A stretch of 64,000 nucleotides of DNA, taken from assembly GCA_965113315.1 (NCBI GenBank), contig OZ220363.1. One strand, 5' to 3'. The DNA is from Podarcis vaucheri. Taxonomy: Eukaryota. Positions 46,901-57,049 of the stretch are shown here, one piece after another (position 1 is the first letter of the stretch; the number at the start of each line of letters is the position of its first letter). The position numbers were made by a program, and so were the translations under genes. The notes beneath the pieces are model-generated. The model searched no databases. It worked only from the letters and a program-made list of their open reading frames with translations, and was not told where the DNA came from.

Positions 46901-49900
46901 CTGGTGTAAGTACTGTGAGAATGAAGGTGGAGGGTTTGGAAATGTGCAATAGAAATGTTCCGGGACATGATCTGAAGGCACATGCTCAGGAGATCTGGGT
47001 CTGTTTGGTGTCTGGAGATCACCTGCCTTGAATTCCATCATGGAAGAAAGAAGGGGTATGTCAGGGAACTGACATCGGAGCAGAGGGGAGAGGCGGTGCT
47101 TCCCGATTCTGCAGAAGAAGGAACGAGTAAGGGTAGAGAGAGAACGTCATCTGGGGAAGAATGTCCAGGTGACACCAGGAAGAAGGGAGAGGGAGAAAGC
47201 ATTTCGGAGGATAGGCTCCGAGACTCTGGCACTGAAGGCAGTGAAGAGAGTGGAGGGGCACCACTGGGCACGTCCACTCTGCGCAGAAGGGTTACGCGCA
47301 GAGAGCTGAGGCGAAGGTTGTCCGTCAAGGAGCTTTTATGCTGGAGGAAATTTAGGAGACGCCCACTCACGGATTCGTCAAGCGACTGAGCAGCAGCAGC
47401 ACCCAGGCTGCTCAGTCAGGGAAAGACACAACCAACCCCTAAGCAGTTTGGAACAGCTAGAGGTTTACACACAAGCAACCCCAATTCCCGTGACAGGGTA
47501 TAAAGGTAATACATAAATATAGTATGCCATATTGCTGTTTGTCTATTTAGAATACTTAACAGGGTGCAAATTGCTTTACAAGCCTTGCAACAAGGCTGGA
47601 CTCCAAGGTAGTTAGACTACAAAATAGTGGAAAGTAACAGTCTCATAGTCTGTTAATCCCTGATGACAACCAGTGAAACAAGTTATTATAGATAACATTC
47701 AAGGACAGTAGCTAGGAATGCTTGAGGGATACAGTATTTGTGAAACTAAGTATGAACTAACCAGAGTCAGACCTTCCAGTGCTGTGAATAATCCGCACCA
47801 CAGGGACATTGTGTTATTTCTGTTCCTGAACCAAGATTTGAATGTAATCTTTATTTCAGGATCTTTTGTAAACTGCTTATAAAGTGGGAAATAAATATTC
47901 TAAATGAATAAGTAATGTGTGAGTCAGAACTCACTTCTTGATTGTTCCCATGTAGTTCTCATTCAACAACAGCCACAATCAAAATGCATTTTAAAACACG
48001 TTATTTCAAGAGAAAATGCAGTTAGAAACTTGTATTTTGAGGGAGGGGGGATGTTTAAAAATAAGTATTACGTAAAATAAAATTTTGGTTGTGTGGATTT
48101 AATAGGGATATCACACTGGAATGAACTTACAGGTGAACAGACATGAAAGTTACATGGATTTGAATTACTAGTGTGATTATTTCCCTTAACCTAGAGAGGG
48201 AGGGAGTTGGGCTTGACTTTCCAAATCCTTTAAGAAGGATCAGAATTTACTCACATCTCTTTCCACCACAGTTTTGGTCACAAAAAGCTGGTCTTGGCGT
48301 CTCACCACATGGGTCCTGGTTTCCACTGGGTGCTCTCTGAACTGTAGAAAAGAGTTAAGTACCACAAGATGATACATCCATGCCAGACAGATGAACTTAA
48401 AATTTTTTTTTTTTACTCAGGAGTACTTATGTCTAAGCCCTTTGTCCCTCTAGTGCAGAGGTGGGGAATCTCTGGCCCAAGGCCTAATTATGGGTCCCAG
48501 TTTGGCCTGCAAGACCAGTTCCCAAAAGCAAATCAGGATGAAGGCTTATTCTGATTTAAAGTGTTGCTTTAAATCCCAGTCCCCACAGGGGGAAGGTGGA
48601 CTGACAACTGCATTTCCAACAGCCTGTTTTTGAATGGGCTGGATATTCCACTGATTTCAAAGCGACCTAAAGGTAAGGTTACCAGATTTTTTTCAATGAA
48701 GCCGGGGACACTTTTCAACTTTCTACTAAATAGACGGATTTTGTCAGGGAACAGATTTGTAAATCCGGGGTCTGTCCCTGGGAAATGGGGACGTCGGGTA
48801 ACCTTAACCTAAGGCCAACTATCCTAGTAAGTTTACCCAGGAGAGCAGAAAATGGAGATCATGAAGGAAACCTGCAAAAGGGGGGCGGGACTGAAAAGAT
48901 TTCCCCTACCCCCATGCTTCAATGTGAAGAGGAGAAATCTTGTCAGGAATACAGATGTTTAGAACAAACTTAGTTGGTCTCTAAGGTGCTACTGGAGAAT
49001 TTCCTTATTTATTCATTTCAGGTGTTTAGATGTTATCTTGCATCCAGGTAGCCATGGTGAAGGGGACACAAACAAGATATTTACCCTCACACTTTCCTTT
49101 GTGTGCTGCTCCACAGTTTCCAATTTCTTTGTTACATATCCTGATAAAGAAATAGATAAAGGTTTAAAAAATAAACGTTAAAGGTTATGCCACCTAAACA
49201 CTCCCTGTAAGCCCAGGTCGCCTCTTTATTACCCTTGGAAATACTCCAGTTTTTACCAAGAGTTCCTGAAGCTGCCTACCTACTCTCGGAATTTTCCTGA
49301 AGTTGTGTCTGATAGCTGCTAGAAACCACTGTGACGGCTGCCAAACTTACTGTGACTGGGTTGATTCCACACTAGCTGTTTTCTCTGGAATGGATATCAT
49401 TCGTTCACTCTGTTTTTATGCAGGATCCAGATGATTTCTCTTCCAAAATGTTGCATTCCGGTGTTTTCTGTGCTGTCAGCCCAACCTAATTTGTGTCATT
49501 TCTTTGTTTGCTTAAGATGCAATTGTAACACTACTCTGTCCAATGCCATGAAATGGCAAAGCACTACTGACCCATCTCGGGGAAGAGTGGTCTGTTTTTG
49601 GCTTTTCTTCATTCTCTGCCTAGTTGCTTTTCCAGCGAGACAAGCAGCTCAACTGAGGTGTTTGAAGGAGAGCAGAAGGTTCTAAGCATCAGCCTTGTAC
49701 TAACTCTCAGATCCAGGCAAAACATATTTACACAAGAAAAGCAGAATGACTAGTATTGTGCATGAACTACTTAAATCTCATTCGTTTCACTGGGTTTTAG
49801 GCAGCCTACCAAAACACATGATTGCTTGGGGGAGTGGGTGTGAATGCACAAATAATACTCCATGGCTTTTAGTCAACATATACCAGCTGCATTAAGAAGA

Positions 49901-52538
49901 TAAAATAAAAATTAAACGCATATTGTTAGCGACAAGGGAATAGCTGGGAGAAGGAACAGCAGTGTGGTGTAGTGGTTAGAGTGCCTGGGAAACTGGGGTT
50001 CTGATCCCCATTTAGCTGTGAAGCATGCAGAGTGACCTCGGGCCAGCCACTGTCTCTGAGCCTAACGTACCTCACACGGTTGCTGTGATGATAAAATGGG
50101 AAGAGGGAAGACCATGTATGCCACCTTGAGCTCCTTCAAGGGAAGGTGGGAAAGAAATGTACTAAATAAGTACATCACAAAATTAGGAGGTCTTTGCTGA
50201 TTGAAGGCTGCAATTCTGAACAAGTTTCATAGCCCATGAATCCCATTAAATGAAGTGGGAATAATTTTAAACATAGTAGAGTCTTGCTTATAGTACGGTT
50301 GCCATATTTCAAAAAGTGAAAATCCGGACAGAAAAGTTGTTTAGCTTTTCGGCAAAATCTCAAAAGAATAAATAAAAATGAAGTTTTGGAGCTGTTTTTA
50401 AGGAAAATCACACAAAACGACACTGCTGACATGGGTTGCCATATGCCCAGATTTTCCTGGACGCTTCAGCAGATTCCGCCATGACACTGCTTCCGACAGC
50501 CAATCGCCGGTTATGTCCGGGAAATTCCGGACGTATGACAACCTTAGCTTATAGGAACAGGAATTGTAGGGCCTTATTGGGGATACAGCAGAATATTAAG
50601 TGCTATGTCCACACTGTGTGGCTGGAACCTTGCTCAACTTTTTCTTTCCTTGGGTCTAAAACAGTTATCAGACTAAGGAAGTGTAGCACTAGGAACCAAA
50701 AAATGCCTATATTCACTTGCTACAAATACTCTATGGTTAAATCTCTTCTTCTCATGCTATAGCTCCATCTCTGCATCCATAGTTTCAAGGTCCCATATCA
50801 CCAGTTGTATAATCTGAGGCCTGAAGGCTGTTATTTGGACACAGGAGTAGTCCGACTCTCTCCCTTCTCCATAACACCACCCTCCTCCTGCCAAATTATC
50901 ACAGTGAAGTTACCTGTAATGGATGTTGTGCAAGGGATGCCATCAATGGTCCCCTTGCTGCTGGCACGGACCAGGTACAGGTCTTCTTCGTCCCAGTCGT
51001 CTGGTGAATAGCTGGTCTCCTCCACTGAGATGGTGAATGTCCCTGTAGTCTCTCCGCTCTCTGAGATGGCAACCAGTGATTCCCCAAAAATGCAGTACTT
51101 TATCTCTTTCAGTTCTGTAAGATGAGAGAGTAGAACATTATCATTTGGGGGAAACAGAGAGAGAAAAGCCTGTTTCCACACAGAATGGGAAAATATTCCC
51201 CAAGAACAGAAACCAGTTGTTGGTGGTGGATGCAGAGTATTTTGGCGACAAGGGTAGATCCAACCCTAAAACCCATGAGCAGAGACCTAATATCAAACCA
51301 TGTTCTATATGGAAGTGTTTAACTGAAAAGCTGAAGGAATGAGTCCACTAAGTTTGGAGTCATCTGGGTCACATTGACCTCCTTTCTCCCTGGCTTCTTC
51401 CCAAGGCCTGCCAGTTGCTTGCCTGTGATTTGCCTGGTGTTTTGTCCATGATTCATTACAGCATTTAAAAGGATGGTCAGTCAGGGAAAGGCGTGGGGAA
51501 AATGGGCTGCATTCCAGTTTAATAAACAATAGATCCTCTCCTGCCACCCTGAACATTCCCATATTGTCTGAGGCTGAGGACACATTCCAGTGAGGGAAAA
51601 GCTCTCAAAGAGGGTGCAGTCCAGGGCTGGTGAGACATGTGGCCTGGAGAGGGGGGAAAGGGCTCTGGGAAAAGTCCTGAGGGTCAGACAGAGAAGCCTG
51701 CATTTGGCCCTGAAGTTTCCCCATCCCAGCCCTGGGACATACCATCTTGCAAATCAATCTGGCAAAGCCTTGTACCAGGTATAAAAGGTGGCTCACAAAA
51801 TTGGCTGTTGAAGATAGGAAACTTGGTTTTGCGTTAGGAATTAGCATCAAACCTGTTGATACAATCATGCCCATGCTGACCAATAGTGTTCCTTAATGGT
51901 TTGGAACTGAGGAAACTAGACATGACATTACACTGAGAATATTCCTATTCCATTTCATTTTTTAATAATAGCAGGTGCAGGGGGACCCTCCCATTTTCAT
52001 TGAGACTGCAGCATGCAGGCAAGGGATCTTTTACTCCCCCCTATTGAAATCCCAATGAAAATGCCCCCAGTGTGGAGTGGGGAAATTCATTAGAAAGCAG
52101 CTGGGTGGCAGGATGAGGTGGCAGGTTTAAACTTCCTCTATGTCTGCTGCAATACCAATACCCCCGCCCCTCAGTGCCTGCTATGAAGAAAAAGAAAAAA
52201 GGTTTTCCCAGTGGTGCTTTTAGTGTCAGACTACTTTGGCCCTAAGACTCCTATATCTTCAAAGGTTGATAGTGAAAAAGCTCCTGGCTGTCAGCACCCC
52301 TCCCTTACATGGGGGAGAACAGGGTAGAAGAGCCTCCTCCCTCCTCAAAAGGGGCACCCACCAATGAGCGAGAGGAATTCCACTGCCCCTTTGTTGGCAG
52401 CTGGGACTTTCGGTATTGGCACCTCCTTCGCCACCTCGTCTGAGGTCTTCTTTTGCATTGTGGAGAAATGAGGACTTAAAGCCTTGGAACAGGTGGGTGT
52501 AGAAGAGGACACTTCCCAGAGATCCGCTGTGAGGAAAT
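43764..52538 (-). CDS. CATIP: Ciliogenesis-associated TTC17-interacting protein (C2orf62), gene span; 5'-most exon not located
   Basis: Nine phase-consistent exons translate to motifs such as [39 protein letters not shown] and [35 protein letters not shown], matching recalled CATIP. Directly upstream of SLC11A1 as in mammals. Confidence 0.95.
44156..44244 (-). CDS. CATIP: CATIP exon ([30 protein letters not shown])
   Basis: 89 nt, AG/GT. Confidence 0.94.
44578..44940 (+). mobile_element. Sauria SINE (Squam1), full length
   Basis: tRNA-like head with A/B boxes, (TTTACC)-type tail, 13-bp TSD TACTTCCCCAATT (44563-75 / 44941-53). Confidence 0.93.
45297..45373 (-). CDS. CATIP: CATIP exon ([25 protein letters not shown])
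   Basis: 77 nt, AG/GT. Confidence 0.93.
45966..46090 (-). CDS. CATIP: CATIP exon ([25 protein letters not shown]...FYFLSDG)
   Basis: 125 nt, AG/GT. Confidence 0.93.
46382..46552 (-). CDS. CATIP: CATIP exon ([10 protein letters not shown]...HICPCTY)
   Basis: 171 nt, AG/GT. Confidence 0.93.
47059..47495 (+). mobile_element. Solo LTR (Gypsy-like), in a CATIP intron
   Basis: TGTCAGGGAA...TTCCCGTGACA termini, perfect 5-bp TSD GGGTA (47054-58 / 47496-500), 437 bp. Confidence 0.85.
48255..48341 (-). CDS. CATIP: CATIP exon ([29 protein letters not shown])
   Basis: 87 nt, AG/GT, phase 0/0. Confidence 0.9.
48674..48807. mobile_element. Small MITE
   Basis: TAAGGTTACC...GGTAACCTTA inverted termini. 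Confidence 0.65.
49085..49140 (-). CDS. CATIP: CATIP exon ([18 protein letters not shown])
   Basis: 56 nt, AG/GT; resembles human YLSEKLELMEQH. Confidence 0.9.
49959..50170 (+). mobile_element. MIR-like SINE
   Basis: GCAGTGTGGTGTAGTGGTTAGAGTG head and gtgacctcgggccagccac core; reverse copy at ~13760-13955. Confidence 0.7.
50293..50547. mobile_element. TAGGGTTGCCA-type MITE
   Basis: TAcGGTTGCCATA...TATGACAACCTTA inverted ends. Confidence 0.75.
50914..51114 (-). CDS. CATIP: CATIP exon ([14 protein letters not shown]...[10 protein letters not shown])
   Basis: 201 nt, phase 1/1, AG/GT. Confidence 0.92.
52362..52538 (-). CDS. CATIP: CATIP exon (DFLTAD...[32 protein letters not shown]); internal ATG at 52458
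   Basis: Strong polypyrimidine acceptor and |gtgggt donor. [11 protein letters not shown] resembles human PEANAEAIDFL. Confidence 0.8.
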
Positions 52539-55284
52539 CTGGAAGAAGAAGGGGGGGGGAGGATATGGATGATGAAAGCAGACTGGATGCAAACCCTGCC
52601 TGCAATACATTAGCTGGAGTGGACATAGCTCTAGCCACATACGGTGTGAGATAAGGGGAATAGTCCCAGCCTGCCATACTGTTTGAATTTATTTTGACAA
52701 TATATACAAGGGGGAGTCACAGTGAAGAATTCAGCATGAAACCAACACCAGAAAGAACTGAGCTAACGTGTCCAAGACATGGGGATCTGCCATTTGCCCA
52801 TTCAGGTGCTGTGAGCCCACCACCCCACAGGACATCGCTGACCAAAAGACCACTCGTGACGACACTGTATGGTTTGAATTTAGGCCACAATGTTATTGAT
52901 TACAGCTGTAAGGAGTTTGGTGAAGGCACTGGGTTGTAACCGACCTCAACCAACCTGTCTGCTGGATTATCAACCAAGGGGTCGAACCAATGTTGAGGAG
53001 ACCCTATGGCTTGCATCAAATCGGTGCTACTCCACAAGGAGTACTATGGCCCTAGCCCCTTGCATGGGCATCCAGACCAAAGCACCTCCCCATGGACCGC
53101 CTTAACAGGATTGCCATATTCCCTCGGAGGCAATGCACATTTCCCATTATTCCCACCAACCTCCCAGGCTATAAACACTACAAACTTTTTGAAAATGAAA
53201 ACTAGGAATCAGGACCAGCTAATGGGCCCTGCATGTCTAAAAGTCAGATATCCAGGCAAAGCGATGGCTCTTGTTGTGCTGTGCTTCGTGCCATCTCCTT
53301 GGTGGGTGCTAAGATGGATCTCTATGGTCAAGCTTTTTGCAGGCTCTTCCCAGAGAATAGTAGGAAGGATGAGGGCCGCCTTCCCTCTTCCCATGGAACT
53401 CTGAGAAAGGTAGTCCTTCAAAGGGTCTGTAACAGAGAATTCTCACCAAGCTACAATTTTCAGGATTCTTTAGGGGAAGCCTGTTCTGCACAAGTAAGGA
53501 ATCAGTCTTGCAATGGGGCAGTCCCTATGCTGCAACTCCCTGCACACTGGTATTTGGCAGACACCTTTGCTGTATTGTTTGTAGCGCCTTCTAAAATGTT
53601 TTTGCTTAGGCAAGCCTAAGCCAGATAGGTAGGGTCAGCATTTTAATTGGTAATTCCCTTTTATATTTCATAACATATATTTTTAACCGGTGATTTTATA
53701 AATACTTTTTAATGGATCAACTCATTTTTAACTTCTGAGGATTTTAATGTCTATCTTATGTTTTATGCAAACCATCTACAGTACAGGTTTTGATGATTAA
53801 GTGGTAGACAAAATTTAAAATTTAAAAATAAATAAATGGCACTTAAATTGAGATAAGGTATGTGCTTTCTCTGTCTTTTTCTCATTAAAACTGCCTCCTT
53901 TTATTTTATTGGATGGCTCCCAGCCCGGCAATCAATTAATCAATAAAGCATTTGAATAAATTTGGGAGAATATTGGCTGCAAAGACCCCCTATTTCCTTC
54001 CACTCACTTGTCCTCCGTCCTTCTGTACAGCATCCTGATGTAGCAACAAAGCCCCTCCACCCTCATCAATGAATGCCTCAAATGCTAACCCCAGTTGCAT
54101 CCATCCCAGTTATTTCCTCCCCACCCATGCAGCTTCCCAGGATGGGGATAAATTTAGAGAAATGAGTGGAAGTCAGCTTCATGTTAGACCTGAAGCCTCC
54201 CACTGTAGACTCACTGCGTTTTTTTCCTGTCCTTCCACAGTGAGGTTGCAATGTATTCACTGGTTTCCGCAGCAACAGCCTTCCTCCCCGCCTCTTAAAG
54301 TGACAGAATGAGTTGGTAGCATTGAGAGAAGCTTTTCACAGGATTCTAGCATGCACGGAATTGTAACAGGGAAGAACACAAAGGGAGAGGAGGGCATGAG
54401 CTGGGAATTAGGAACAGGTGATCAGAATATAAAAGGTATAGTCGTGGAGTTCTGTTTTCAATGGTCTGCGCAACCAAACAAGGCACATCCTTTGCACAAT
54501 ATTCTCATACTTCCTGATCCAATGACAGTATAATGACTGCATGTAATGACTGAGGTGGAATAATAGCTTGGCAACAGGAAAGACCTTGCTGAAAATTGAT
54601 TCCAAATGTTGCTTCAGAAAAGCAAAATTAAATTAGTTTTACACACCCACACCCACACACCCACACCCCAGACTGTGGGTTACGGATAGCCTTGCTGCTG
54701 TTCTCCATTTATTGCTGGCTAAGTACCTCTGCATTGGGGTCACACAATTAGTGAATTCAAAGCCACCAAAGGAATACCTTAACAAGGAAGCTCACAAAAT
54801 ACCGTGGGCCTGTTCTGTTACTGTAGTAGAAAAATGGTGCAATGGTGCAAATGGTACCCCTGGCATGCATGTAGTCACATTCCATAAAGCCATCACAGTA
54901 GCAAAGGACTCAACATCTGATGGCGTTTGTGTCTTAGTTGAATCAAACAAAATCTTATGGCTACAAAATCTTATGGGGGAAATATCACATTTTCCTAAGT
55001 GCAAAACATGGCACTTTTGAGGACTTAGGACATTCAGAGTCCCAGCCACAGATGTTACACAAGAATATATCATACAGAGAAGTTCTAAGTAGAAGAGTAA
55101 CTCATCACTGTGACTAATGAAAGAGTTCTATGAATAAACTGGCTCTTCTTTGGGAGTAGGACACTTCAGTGATGAACTTTTAACAGCATCATGTCCGTCT
55201 CTCTGTCATCTTAAACATTTTTTTTCAATGGTTAACAAATCTGGCTTTTCTTGCAACATTATTCAATGCTAACCCAGTATTTTA

Positions 55285-55650
55285 GGGGAGCGGGTGGCCC
55301 TGTGATCTAAATCACTGGGCCCCTTGGGCTTGCTGATGCGAAGGTGGTTCAAATCCATACAACGGGGTGAGCTCCTGTTGCTCTGTTCCAGCTTCTGCAA
55401 ACCTAGCAGTTCGAAAGCATGCTAGTGCAAGTAGATAAATAGATACAGCTACGGTGGGAAGGTAAATGGCGTTTCTCTGCACTCTGGCACTCGTCATGGT
55501 GTCTTGTTGATTTAGTCATGCTGGCCACATGACCTGGAAAGCTGTCTGTGGACAAATGCCAGCTCCCTTGGCCTGAGAAATGAGCGCCGCAACCCCATAG
55601 TCGCATTTTACTGGACAACAGTCCAGAGGTCCTTTACCTTTACCGTTTAC
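55285..55650 (+). mobile_element. Sauria SINE, older copy
   Basis: Colinear with the 44.6 kb copy; TSD CTAAYCCAGTATT (55269-81 / 55651-63). Confidence 0.9.
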
Positions 55651-57035
55651 CTAATCCAGTATTGTAAACTTTTTCAGAATTTCAGTTCATCCTTATGAAT
55701 GGAAAGTTATTAGGGCCAATGCAAGAGAACTAGTATCCTATTTTAAAAAATGGTACAGCTGGAGGATACTTCTAGCATTACACAGATAGTTAATATATAT
55801 AAACAGCTGGTTGTTATACATACTGTTTGTTAAGTTAGTTTAGATGCAGTTGGTGGGAGAAAGTTGTCCTGAAACATCAGACGCTGCATCCCCACATGGA
55901 CATTTCTACATCCATCTTTATATATTCAGTCTCCTTTTTTCCATACCTGTACTTTCCTTTCCTTTCTGTCTCTCCATCTTTTATTCTTTATGTTGTGTCC
56001 ACTATGTCCCAAAGCAAAAATCTACCGGTAACTACAGTCAGTTCAACCATGTCCTCTCTGCCTTCAGGCAAGATTGGATTATTACCAACACTGCAAGTTA
56101 AGCACATGCCTGGAGGCACCTTGGTTAAATGAGGGAGGAAGAAGCCCTAAGCTTTCAGTAAAATGATAGCTCTTTTGTTGATTTAGGGTATTCAGCTACA
56201 TTTTATTCAGAGCAGACCCACTGAAATGAATGGACCTATTTATTAAGTGCCTATTTATTAACTGTCAACGTTTCCCTTTTTTAAAGGGAAATTCCCTTAT
56301 TCCAAATAGGATTTCCCTTTAAAAAAGGGGAAAGTTGACAGCTATGAATGGGTCTACTCTGCTCAACACCACTCAGTAAGGGCAATCCTAGATACATCTA
56401 CCCAGAAGTAACTTGCAAGAGACAGGGCAAAAGACTGCATTCCTCAACCCCTCCCCCAGCTTCAAACAGATGCACATGACAGATTCCCATACTGAAGTTG
56501 CATGCAGGCCCTACATTTCAAGCACAAAGAATTTTGCAAACTGTAGTTTACCCCGGACAGAACTACATCTTTAGCAAACTACTGCTCCCAGGGCTCTTTG
56601 GGGGGAACTTGTGTGCTTTAAATGTATGGCGTGTCATTAATTCACTCCATCCTCCTGAAAACAGAAATATGAGATTGCCGGGGCTCAGCTGGCACTGTCA
56701 AGATTATGAGCAGCTGTCAGGATGAATGTGGGTCATTGCAGAGATGGAGTTGGCCTGGAGTATGCGTATGCAATGGTGAGGGGAGAGAAGGAACTGAGTG
56801 ATGAAACGTTTAAGGAAGCAAATGTTAAATCTATCTGTTTTGTCCCTCACTCATTTACAGAGATGCAGAAAGGCACCACGCTAGTTAAGGCACTGCACTG
56901 CTCTAAATATATTGTGCACAGCTTTAAAGGCAGTGTTCTAGGTGTCAGCAATGCCAAACCCTACTAGAGATCCTTAATTGTCTGATGTCTTGTGCGGCTG
57001 TCACTAAACTCTAAAACCATCTTCATGATATTGGT

Positions 57036-57049
57036 GTTGCCATAGAAAC
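57036..57049. promoter_or_regulatory. RFX X-box, candidate CATIP promoter element
   Basis: GTTGCCATAGAAAC fits GTTNCCATRGNAAC. It lies upstream of a ciliary gene. Confidence 0.5.
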
